A stretch of DNA of 64,000 bases from the human T2T-CHM13v2.0 reference genome, Homo sapiens: NCBI RefSeq assembly GCF_009914755.1, contig NC_060925.1, one strand, 5' to 3'. Below the pieces are notes generated by a model. The model worked only from the letters and a program-made list of their open reading frames with translations, did not search any database and was not told the DNA's origin. This document shows positions 52,730 through 64,000 of the stretch, piece after piece. Position numbers and translations under genes: made by a program. The number at the start of each line of letters is the position of its first letter. The stretch's first letter is position 1.

Positions 52730-54650
52730 ACTATCAACATAGCAAAAAGGCAACCCAAAGAATGGGAGAAAATATTTGCAAATCATGTATCTGATAAAGG
52801 AATAATATCCAGAATATAGAGAGAATTTTTAAAAGTCAGCAACAAAACACAACCCATGTTGAAGTGATAATAGCAGTCTGCACTCCCATGTTCATTGCAG
52901 CACTATTCACAACAGCCACAAGACATTGAATCAACGTAAGTGTTCATCAGTAGATGAATGGATAAAGAAAATGTACTATAAATACACAATGGAATACTAT
53001 CCAGCCATAAAAAAGAAGGAAATTCTAGCATTTATGACAACATGAATGAACCTCGAGAATATTAAGCGAAATAAGCCATGCACAGAAATACAAATACTGT
53101 ATGATCCCACTCATATGTGGAATCTAAAATAGTTGGTCTCATTGAAATAGAGAATAAAAAGGTGGTTCCCAGGGGTGGAGCTCTTTGTAGAGGGTGGTGA
53201 TTGGGGGGATGTTGCTCAAAGGATACAAAATTTTAGTTGGGAAATAAGTTCAAGAGATCTATTGTACAACACAGTGACTATAGCTCATAATATATTGCAT
53301 TCTTGAAAAATTCTAAAAAGGGGGGTATAAAGTGTTCCCATCACTAAAATATAACCAGGTGAGGTAATGCATATGTTGTTAGATTTAGTCATTTCACAGT
53401 GTGTATGTACTTCAAAACATCACATTCTATGTGGAAAATATATACCAATTTATCTATCAATTTCAAAAAAAAAATCTGATTCAAAAATGGGCAAAAGAGG
53501 TGAATAGAAATTTCTCCAGAGAAGATATACTAATGGCCAATAAGCATATGAAAAGATGTTCAACATCACTAAACATTAGGGAAATGCACATCAACACCGT
53601 AATTAGATAACACCTCACATCCATTAGAATGGCAACTATCAATAAAACAGAAAATAACCAGTGTTGGTGAGGATGTGGAGAAATTCGAACCCCTGTGTGC
53701 TGTTGGTAGGAATGTAAAATGGTACAGATGTTGTGAAAAACAGTATGGCTATTCCTTAAAAAGCTAGAAATAGAATTACTATATGATCCAGCAATTCTAC
53801 TTCTGGGTATATACCCTAAAGAATTGAAAGCAGGGTCTTGAAGATATATTTGTACACCCATGTTCATAGCAGCATTATTCACAATAACTAAAACATATAA
53901 GCAACTTAAGTGTCCATCAGCAGATGAATGGATAAGCAAAATGTGGTATATCCATGCAATGGAATATTATTCAGCCTTAAAAGGAAATGAAATCCTGCAA
54001 TATGGCACAACAGGGATGATCTTTGAAGGCATTATTCTTAAAAATAAGTCAGTCACAATAAGGCGAAAACTGTATGATTCCACTTCTATGAAGCACTTAG
54101 AGCAATCAAAATTACAGAAGCAGACAGTAGAGTAGTGATTGTCAGGAGCTTGAGGAGGTAGGCAGGGGGAGTTATTGTTTACTGGGTGCAGTGTTTCAGT
54201 TTTACAAGATAAAAAGTGTTACAGAGAAAGACACTGGTAATGGTTGCACTTTATGAATGTATTTAATACCACTGAACTATACACTTAAAAATGGTTAAGA
54301 TGGGCCAGGCACGGTGGCTCACGCCTGTAATCCCAGCACTTTGGGAGGCGGAGGTAGGTGGATCATAAGGTCAGGAGATCAAGACCATCCTGGCTAACAC
54401 GGTGAAACCCCGTCTCTACTAAAAATACAAAACATTAGCCGGGCATGGTGGCAGGCGCCTGTAGTCCCAGCTACTCGGGAGGATGAGGCAGGAGATGGCA
54501 TGAACCCGGGAGGTGAAGCTTGCAGCGAGTGGACATGGTGCCACTGCACTCCAGCCTAGGCAACAGAGCGAGACTGTCTCAAAAAAAAAATGGTTAAGAT
54601 GATATATTTTATGTTATTTGTATATTACCACAATAAAAGAAAAAAAAATA
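52730..54650 (+). mobile_element. L1MB-like 3' region with a nested L1MA 3' end (~52860-53470) and an Alu
   Basis: ORF2 C-terminal remnants ([25 protein letters not shown]) and 3'UTR. Confidence 0.8.
54303..54586 (+). mobile_element. Alu (Y/Sc-like)
   Basis: gagatcaagaccatcctggctaacacggtg; TSD AAAATGGTTAAGATG. Confidence 0.95.
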
Positions 54651-55084
54651 GCTACTCAAAGAAAATGTCCCAGTTCTTCTCTAGAAGATAAGTCTTTTGT
54701 GGGGGAATCAGTATGCCTTACAAGGCCTCAGTTTTCTCATCTTTAAAACAAAGGGGTTGGAGTGGGTGATTTCTGGCTTCATTTCTAACTCAAATAATGG
54801 ATTTAGAGGAAAGCAGATGAGTACGGTTGTCAGTGCCTGGGCTTTGGCATCAGAGACTCAGGTTCTCACGGGGTTCTGCTGCTTATTAGCTGGGGGGCTT
54901 TGGGGTACATAGCCTCAAGAATCCTCTATTTTCCTTCTAATAAAATCAGATATTAATTACACATCTGCCATAGGGAAGTTGTGAATATTAAATGAGATAA
55001 TGAATGCAAAGAGTTTAGTATAGTGCTTGACACATAGTAAGAGCTTTATTAAGCTCTTAATATCATTTTTAAAAAGTGGACACA

Positions 55085-55481
<397 letters not shown>

Positions 55482-56849
55482 TTATGCTTGAAAGCACAGA
55501 TGTTACTAAGCCAAGGCTCAAGGCCAACTGTAGGTCTCCAGTACTTTCTACCTCCCTCGATTTTTGGTTTGCTCAGGTTTCCAATCTCTTTAAGAAAAAC
55601 AAGAAAGACAGGAAGAAAATTATTATTTACCTTCAGTTCTGAAAATTATTCACATCCTTAAATGCTCTCAGGCTTTTTAATTTTGAATTTCAGAAGATGT
55701 CTCATCCTTCACATAAACAATCGATACATTTTCTTTTAAAAATAGAAAGTGAATATGAAGAATTTATTTTGAGGGTGATACTATGAATTCATATGAGTTT
55801 CTTTTTTTCTATGCTTTCAAAGATTTATAAAAATTTAAAAAGTCAACAAATAAGTGGACTTCATGCTTTCTGGCCGAGGGAGCCTTGAGGCCCTGGTACT
55901 GACATTAGGGGAATGAGAGGGCCATGTTTGATTCAGGTCCTCCACAACGTGGTGGGGCATTGGAGTTCATATCATGCAGTCCTACGTACTGAAAGACAGG
56001 CCTTGGGGCTCATGATTTCAAGTGAGAGCAATGGGTGTGGTTTGCTCTGGGAGTGGGAACTGTTGGTGATGGGTCCCAGGGTGTCTCTCAGTTGTTTCAG
56101 CAATCTTGGCCCTGACTAACATTGACAAGCCATCTGGAAGCACCAGAGCCAGAAAGTGGAAACTGAGGAAGTTCCCGTGTGAGGATGTGGCACTAAGGAT
56201 CAACTACAGGGTGCAGCAAAGCTGACATTGTGACCTTGATGATAGCAGAGGCTCATTGGTCTGTTTCAGCATCTACCACAGTGCCCAGCATATAATAAAG
56301 GCTCAATGTATGGTTACTGAATACATGAGGGAAACATGGTGAGAATCAATGGGTTTATGAACTAGCTGGGCTAGAATCCCTTTTGGGGCTTTCTCCCCTA
56401 GAGACTCCCAGCCATTTGGAGGAAGATTTTATCCCCTAGTGGTCAGCTTGGGTAATAGAGGCAAATCCATGTCTTCTGCAAGAACAGGTTGGAAGCAGTC
56501 AGGAGCCATCTTTTCAGTTAGTAGACTGTGTGGCTAGAGCAATTTCATGTAAAAACTAGGAAACAAGATTTGTGATGCTCCACTGAGAAGGGGAACAAGC
56601 TATCGATGCTGATACTCAGCTCCACCCTCAGGCATGGGGAGACCAAGTCCCCTGAGAGTCCCTCTGGCCATGGCACTGGCTACTCCTGGACTGGCTTTGA
56701 CAGTTTCTCTTCAAGTTGATGACAAAGAATGACTTTATTTTGGGCAAGAAATTGGTATTCTAATGAACATGGTCATAATATAGTTGACAGATTATGTGGA
56801 TGGTAATTTCCCTCCTTGTGGGGTCTCCAAAGGCTTGAAGTATTTCCTT

Positions 56850-57705
56850 ATTTAAATTTTTGAACATAAAGCAAAATTGAAAGACTTTTACAAAGGTGGG
56901 TGTTTTTACCTGTATATCTGTCTCCTACATTCTATCATTAACATTTACTATCTTTGCTTTATCACATATCTATACATTTACCCATCTCCCAATCCAACCA
57001 TTCATTCATCTTAGTTTTTTGATGCATTTCAAGGTAAACTGCAGACATCAGTACACTTCCCACTGAATCCTTCAGCATTCACATCCTTTACTAAAGTGCA
57101 ATATTTATCTACAGCTTTTTTCCTTTTGAGGTAAAATTTATATACAATTAAATACTCAAATCATAAGTGAATATTAGATGAATTTTGACAAATGCATGTG
57201 AAGATATGGAACATTCTCATCACCCTAAAAAGTTCCTTGTGCCCCTTCACCATCAATTTTGATTCCATCCATAGGCAACTACTGTTCTGTGGGGACTTTT
57301 TCCCACCAGAACTTCTATCAGTGTGATTAAAGAATAGGTACTCTTTTGCATATGGCTCCTTTTGCACTCAATAAAATATTTTTGAGATTCATCAATGTTG
57401 TTTTGTGTGTCAACAGTTTGTTCCTTTAGCCATTCCATGGAATGAATGTATCACAATTAATCGCTCCATTCTCATGTTGACAGATACTTCAATGTTTCTA
57501 GTTTTTGCTATTACAAATAAAAGTGCTATAAACATTCTCGTGTAAATCATTTTGTGGACATACGTTTTAATTTTTCTTGGATAAATACTTAAGAATTACT
57601 GAGTCATACAGTGGGTAACTGTTTAGTTCTATAAGACTCTGCCAGACTTTTCCCCCCCAAAGTGTTTATACTATTGTACATTCCAACCATTAATATATGA
57701 GAGGG
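56850..57705 (-). mobile_element. Old L1M 3' fragments
   Basis: tttgagattcatcaatgttg...gctataaacattctcgtgtaaatcattttgtggacatac. Confidence 0.7.
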
Positions 57706-57767
57706 GAGAAAGCTTTTCCTACTTCCAAAGAGGCCTGTCTACATATACGTAAATTTTTCCAACTGGA

Positions 57768-58703
57768 GACATGGCTGATGACTTCAGGGACATGAGCATG
57801 AGATACAGGAACACCTGGCATCACCACCACCATGAAGTTGGGATTCAGGAAGGAGGTTAATCATATAAGGAATCTTTGACCAGCATCAGCTCCTGTCAGG
57901 CCACACAGAGTACTGAAATGTTAATGGCACAGGGGGCCCTGGAGTCATGGTAAGAAAGTATCTCATTGGTGAAACCTTTCTTCCATAAAGCAGGTAAATA
58001 AATTATTTGTTCCTTCTTGGTAGTCCTTGAAGATGGTCAAACAAAATAATATCATATCTGCAGAAACTCAGATCTTGGTAAGATTTACTAGTTGGGAATC
58101 CAATGATAATGCCAAGAAGCAGCCGCCAGTTGGGATCAAATGTGAGCCTATGGATCAAGGTGCATACTCGAACACAGAGAGCTTTCTGAAAGATGCTACC
58201 AGTAGTTTTTCCAGGGCAGAGATGGGTTCTTTATTTTTCTGTCTAATCTAGCCCATATGCTTAGCTGAGAAGTTTTCTTCATATCACTTTAAATGATGAT
58301 GTCCCTTGGTTTTCTAAACATTCTTTAGATAAGAATTTTATGAGCATTCTTTATTGCATTAGGATTAAAATTAATGAATCTTAAGGTTTTATTGCAAAGT
58401 CTTGCCTTGTTTCCTTTCTAAGATGATACAATTTATAACATGCAAGTTTGCTGACTGTCTCCTCCCTTTGTGTACATATAAAATGAACAAACATGTGGCC
58501 ATGAAACAGATGGTCATAGAATTGGTTCAGTGGTTGTGAGTGCAGCAACCCAAGAGTGTCTTATCTGAAATACCACCAGGAATGCCTGGACACAGTAGAC
58601 AAAGGTTGTTCAACTGGACGCCTTAGGATACATGCTTCCAAAAACAAAGTAGCTGAAAAGAAACTAGAATAACAGGATATCAGAGCCAGAGGAGCATTTG
58701 GAG
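57768..58703 (+). pseudogene. Vestigial spliced exons of an unidentified plus-strand transcript or pseudogene
   Basis: Donor ATG|GTAAGA (57950); acceptor cttcttggtAG (58023); exon encoding MVKQNNII...GIKCEPMDQ; donor CAAG|GTGCAT (58160); degenerate acceptor near 58479; donor GAG|GTAAGT (58704). Confidence 0.4.
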
Positions 58704-60119
58704 GTAAGTCAGTACCTCCTCCTTTTTGTCCTACAGGGGAGATAGTGGAACAGAAGCAGGGATGGGCCTGCCTTCTGTGCCCACAATTCACTGGGGATTG
58801 TTGTGGTGAAGAATTTCATTTATAATGAAGGAGAAATAAACCCCCATCACCTTAAATTCAGGCAGCTTTATTGAAAAGGTGAAGAGGCCTCTTGCAGAAG
58901 CAAAGCATAGCTGAGGCTTGCGGACTCTGGGAAAACGAGCAGCCGACAGTGACTAATGCTGCCTCTGACTCTGGGGCCGTGTGTTGTCTTGCTCCCTGTG
59001 AGCATCTCTTCTATTCTTTTGCATCTTCCCTCAGCCTAGCAGTCTCTGTTTACTCTTCAACACATAATTGAGCAAAGCTGTGCCAGCCCCAATGCCACCT
59101 GGCACTTTAGATCAAATTAAAAATGCATGAAATGAACTGGCCCTTTATAATACAGCTGTTGGAACAACAGCTGGAAATACAATATGTTGACTCCTGGTTT
59201 AGTGCTTTATGCTAAACTTCCTTTTCTGAAAAGAGCACAGACTTTGGGATATTAGAATACATTACGTTTCTGGGTTATTTGGAGTTTATGGTTTTCATGA
59301 AGCTTTGAAAGCTTTCATCCAGTATGTTTTAAATATTTTTCTATCGCCCTTATCCACTCCATTCCCTTCAGGGATTCCATTTAGTAGAGTGTTTAAAATT
59401 TTCCCACTGATGGGCTTTTTATTTCTTAAATTCATTTTTTCCTGTGTGTTTCATTTGTGTTCATTGCTATTGCTGTTTCCTTTAATTCATTAATCTTTTC
59501 CTCTGCAATGTTCAATCCAGTGCATTTTTTAAAATTTCAGACAGTAAAATGTAGTTTTCACTTATGGAATTTGATATTTTAAAAATATCTCCCACATCTT
59601 CATTTAATTAAAATTATAATAACTGCTCTAATGTTATTGCCTGCTATTTCTAACATGTGTGTCGTTTTCAACTGAATTATTTCATTCTTCATTATGTCTC
59701 CTGTTTTCCTGCCACTTTGCCTGTTTGATATACTGGGATTTGATGTCACACATTTGATGTCAATGCCCAAATGTGCCCAGTGGCACAACTCGGCCTCAGT
59801 GTCTATGCACACCCAAGCTTTTGCAGCAGGAGAGGCAGAGCAGAGGCGAATGTGCCACACATGGGGGTAGGGAGTCCCCCAATTGTGCTTGGGGCTTTCC
59901 TCTGCCTCATTGAAAAAATATGTGTTCCTTTTCTTTTCCATAAGACCTGCACTACTTCAGGCCCTGTTCCTCCAATGATCAGGACAGTCCTCTCTCTAGT
60001 CTCATCCCTCCAAAGGATGGACAATGGTTCAAAACAATTCAGGAGAGAAAGCATAGTCTTGTCAACAAATTGTGTTGCGAAAACTAGACATCCATAGGCA
60101 AAAATAGAAAAAAATTCAC

Positions 60120-60795
60120 AGATGCTGGCGAGGTTGTGGAGAAAAAAGAATGCTTTTACACTGTTGGTGGGAGTGTAACTGTCAACCATTGTGGAAGACA
60201 GTGTAGTGATTCCTTTAAGACCTAGAGGCAGAAATACCATTTGACCCAGCAATCCCATTACTGGGTATATATCCAAAGGAATATAAATTATGCTGTTATA
60301 AAGATATATGCATGCATATGTTCACTGCGGCAAAGATATGGAATCAACCTAAATGCCCATTAATGATAGATTAGATAAAGAAAATGTGGAATATATACAC
60401 ATGGAATACTATGCAGCCATAAAAAGGAATAAGATCATGTCCTTTGCAGGGACATGGAGGGAGTTGGAAGCCATTATCCTCAGCAAACTAACACAGGAAC
60501 AGAAAACAAAACCCTGCATATTCTCGCTTGTAAGTGGGAGCTGAATGATAAGAACACAAGGACAGATAGGGTTGGGGTGGAGACAACACACACTTGGCCC
60601 TGTCGGAGGGTGGGAAGTGGGAGGAGGGAGAGCATCAGGAAGAGTAACTAATGGATGCTGGGCTTGATACCTAGGTGATGAGATGATCTGTGCAGCAAAC
60701 CACCATGGCACACATTTACCTATGTGGCAAACCTGCACATCCAGCACATGTACCCCTGAACTTAAAATAAAAGTGGAAGTAAAAAACAATAAACA
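60120..60795 (+). mobile_element. Truncated L1PA 3' end nested in an older L1M (60010-61095)
   Basis: agatgctggcgaggttgtggagaaa...gtacccctgaacttaaaataaaag; near-perfect TSD AGAAAAAAAT(T/C)CAC. Confidence 0.85.
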
Positions 60796-61096
60796 AAGAA
60801 AAAAATCCACTTAAACATCCATACTTGCACTAAAACTAACTCAAAATTGATTATAGAACTAAATGTAAATTGAAACTCTAGTAAACTTACAGTAGAAAAC
60901 AGAAATTTTTCATGATGTAGAGTTAGGCACGAAGTATTCTTAGTTATATCAACACAAACTATTAAAGAAAACATTGATATATTTAACTTCATAAAAATTA
61001 AAAATCCTTGGTCAGCACAAGACATTGTTAATAGAATAAAAACATATGCTACAAACTGGGAGAAAAATATGAAAATCCCACATATGATGAAGGACC

Positions 61097-61377
61097 TGTA
61101 TAATGGTTAATTGTGTGTGTCACTGTGACCGAGTCCCAGTGTGCCAGGACATTTGTTCCAATATTATTCTGGGTGTGTGCTGGAGGGTGTTTCTGGATGA
61201 TATTAACACTGGAATAGACAGACTAAGTGAAGCAGATTGTCCTCCCTAATGTGGTGGGCCTCATCCAATCAACCAAAGGCCAGAGGAGAAGGAAAGGGCC
61301 TAATAAGAAGGAAACACTTTCCTGGGTATCCAGCTTTCCATCTTGGGAATTGCGGCCTCCATAATCATATGTCCAAA

Positions 61378-61455
<78 letters not shown>

Positions 61456-61510
61456 TACACACACACATGCATGTACATGCCTTATACATATATGTATGTA
61501 TACACACATT
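61097..61510 (+). mobile_element. MLT2 LTR containing a compound (TG)(TA)n(CA)n microsatellite (61378-61470)
   Basis: tgtataatggttaattgtgtgtgtca...aagcagattgtcctccctaatgtggtgggcctcatccaatc. Confidence 0.8.
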
Positions 61511-62929
61511 TCATAAGTAAGTAGGAAGGATTGTTATTTTTAAAAGTTCAGTATTCAATGACAACTGCTGAGCTGGCCACTGCATACGAAGGAGTTCTAT
61601 TATATGATTCTGTGTCCTTTTTTATACTATTGAAGTTCTGCATTTGAAGAAGTAGGATAGGATAATAGTTGATTTTCTCCACATACCCTTCAAAGCCCTA
61701 GGAATTAACAGGGAGTCAAAAATACCACATCCCTGCCCCTAAACACCAGGGGTAGAGAACCCTGTGGCCCTCAGGTGATTGTCTTTAGCAGGGTCTGGGA
61801 GCCACACAACTGCAGAGACAGCAGGAAACACTATGCAAATAGAGGCCACGACAGCAGGGAGGGCCTGTTCATGACAGAACACAGGTAAAACTCTCCTCAG
61901 AAAGCGAGTGTGGAGAAACAGAAATCATGCCTGAGACCTGGTGGATTAGAGCACTGGCTACTGGGGAATTGAAAGGAAGGGGCTTCACCGTGCAGAGGAC
62001 CAGAGGTGCCAGTCTCGGAAATGCAGAATTGTTGGGAGATGGGGAGGTATGGACAAAGAAAGCATCCTCTGGAGACTCGTGGTGAAGACAATGAATGAAG
62101 TAACTGGCAGAAATTAGTGGTCCTGGTAGAACAAAATAGAATCCCAGAATGAGAACAAACACCATCCTTGTCCTCTAAAGCAAGACAATATTTTCTAAAA
62201 ACTCAAGAAAAATCTTTTTTGGCAAGTACCTTTTATCTAGTGATGTGCGCCATGTACCAAGGCAGTGGGAAAAGGTTATTAAGCATGCTAAACTCAGCGA
62301 GCCCCTATTCCCCCATGAGGACTCTGTCAAGAATAAATTCCTTTCAACAAGTGATGCCCAGGACACTCACTTTTGAATAGTTCATGAGCCTCAGCATATT
62401 TAATTGTGGATCTGAACCAAAAGCCAAGGTGGAGACAAGGTGGGAAACACAGGCGGTCACTGGTATATGCTTGGGTTGAACTAACACCATAAGAAATGGC
62501 AGGTTAAGAGGTCAGAGAAGAGGAAAATAATATCTTTGGTTGTCATAGTGGTAAAAATTTAAATTCAAAAGAGAAGATTAAAAATGTATAAACCAAATAT
62601 TAGAAGTGTGTCAAGTTAAAAGGGGACTTTTAAACATGATGCCAAAACATGTTTAGTGCACTTTCAAACATGAGCTACACAACCCTTCCTAAATAACAAA
62701 CAAAAGACACACACACAAACAAAGACAACAAAATAACATTGACAAAGAAATGTAGTAAATACCATCTACTACTACATATGATAAATGTAGACTAAAATAT
62801 GGAAGAGTTTGGAATGTAAACAGGGAAATAAGAATGTTTTTATTAATCTGTATCCTTACCCACCAAAAACAATCATAATAATAAAAGCTTAAAACATTGT
62901 GTGTAAAAAAAATTCACTAGTCCAGAGTA

Positions 62930-64000
62930 ATAGGCAAGAATATTTTAATTAAACAGATTTAAAACATAAACATTTTAATTTTAATAGACTAAAATTAATC
63001 TTGGATGAAAGTTAAAATTTGGGCAGGGAATATTCTTTTTCACAACAGAATGCCAGCAGAAACAAGTTCATAGTAAGGACTGAGATAAAAATTTCCAACG
63101 TACAAACATAAATATAATAACTGACACAGCCAGGGGTGATTAATTGATGATAAAATGCTCAGAGGAAGATTGTTAGAATACAGGTATTTGTACTTTTTCA
63201 AACCACTTTTCAAATTAATTATAAATCAGGTGTCTTTACAAGGGACAGATCTCCTAGACCCCTCCTTAACCAGGTAACCAGTCCTGATATCACAATAATG
63301 GTGATGGACAAACTGGACCTTCTCTGCCCGCAGATGGACTGAGGTTGGAAACTCACAGCATTGACTTTGCAGTGTTCCTGGCAAAACATTTAGGCTGAAT
63401 TTAATCATAAGGAAATTTTCTGACAACTTCAGAATGAAGAAAATTGAGCCAGACAGCTGACGTCCTCTACAAACAAATCCATGTCACCACCATCAATGAC
63501 AACAACAAAAAGATGAGGAGATACTTTGGGTTCAAAGTGACTAAAGAAGTGAGCTACATTATCTTTTCAATCCTTTTGAACCCAAAATGTCTCTTCTCTT
63601 TTTGTTGTGTGATTTGTGGTGACATGGATTGTGTGAAGGAGAGCGGTCAGTTGTCCTGCTCAGTGTTCTACATTCTGCAGTTGTCTGCTGATTACTTCCT
63701 ATGAAACTCAGGCTAAGTGTTTTCAGCAAGAATATGGCATTGTTCATATTCTGCACTGGCAGAGTCCCGGGTGACATGCTGTCTCCTGCCAGCGGCTCCT
63801 GACTCCTGTTCTCTACAGGATGGAATTGAGAGGAGCAGGGCTAAGGCCTCTCAATGCTGTTTGTCCATCTGGGAATTGGTCTCCTTGGGTATTCATCTCA
63901 AGTGGAAATAGGATGAATTGTGGTTTCTCAAATCAAAGGAGCCTAGTGGTTTGCAATCATCAAGAGCATTCTGTGTCTAAAATTCAATCCTCAGTGAAGG
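62930..64000 (-). pseudogene. NBPF7: 3' end (terminal 3'UTR homolog) of an NBPF/Olduvai-family gene, probably NBPF7(P); coding exons lie beyond the window
   Basis: The minus strand resembles recalled NBPF 3'UTR sequence (GATATCAGGACTGGTTACCTGGTTAAGGAGGGGTCTAGGAGATCTGTCCCTT; GGTGGTGACATGGA; ending ATTAAAA..TTGCCTAT). The symbol is assigned from recalled gene order next to REG4. Confidence 0.65.
63374..63733. repeat. Long imperfect inverted repeat (fold-back) centred on AGCT at 63552-63555
   Basis: AATCCATGTCACCAC pairs with GTGGTGACATGGATT; TTTGGGTTCAAA with TTTGAACCCAAA; GACAACTTCAGAATG with CATTCTGCAGTTGTC. Confidence 0.9.

Noticed and set aside
56430-56446. Partial CTCF-like CCCCTAGTGG
   Set aside because: It lacks the GGCRS half of the motif.
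61825-61900. Perfect octamer ATGCAAAT resembling an Ig V or snRNA promoter
   Set aside because: I could not find a leader/V exon, RSS, PSE or snRNA body downstream.

Overview
This is primate (very probably human chr1p12) genomic DNA, roughly half interspersed repeats. It contains the complete REG4 gene (regenerating islet-derived protein 4, a secreted C-type lectin) on the minus strand. I assembled five coding exons by hand (37994-37928, 32390-32293, 29087-28950, 27835-27730, 23918-23851). All have GT-AG boundaries and total 477 nt, giving 158 aa plus stop. The gene also has a non-coding first exon, a TATA/GATA/CDX promoter near 40.7-40.8 kb and an AATAAA at 23335-23340. The left 22 kb is repeat-rich intergenic DNA; from recalled gene order, HMGCS2 lies just off the left edge, but it is not visible here. 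The last ~1 kb resembles the terminal 3'UTR of an NBPF-family gene (NBPF7/NBPF7P by position). I found no convincing new protein-coding system, RNA gene or CRISPR array, and almost all listed ORFs are Alu, L1, LTR or low-complexity artefacts. The best leads are: (1) an optional REG4 5'UTR exon holding both a near-perfect CTCF site and two uORFs; (2) a ~360-bp spacer-less fold-back in the NBPF-type 3'UTR; (3) a vestigial plus-strand spliced unit convergent with NBPF; (4) a dense CDX/HNF4/AP-1/GATA enhancer candidate ~5 kb upstream of REG4; (5) an intronic-polyA REG4 isoform; (6) several unusual retrotransposon structures. Repeat subfamily names come from recalled consensus sequences and need RepeatMasker/Dfam confirmation.
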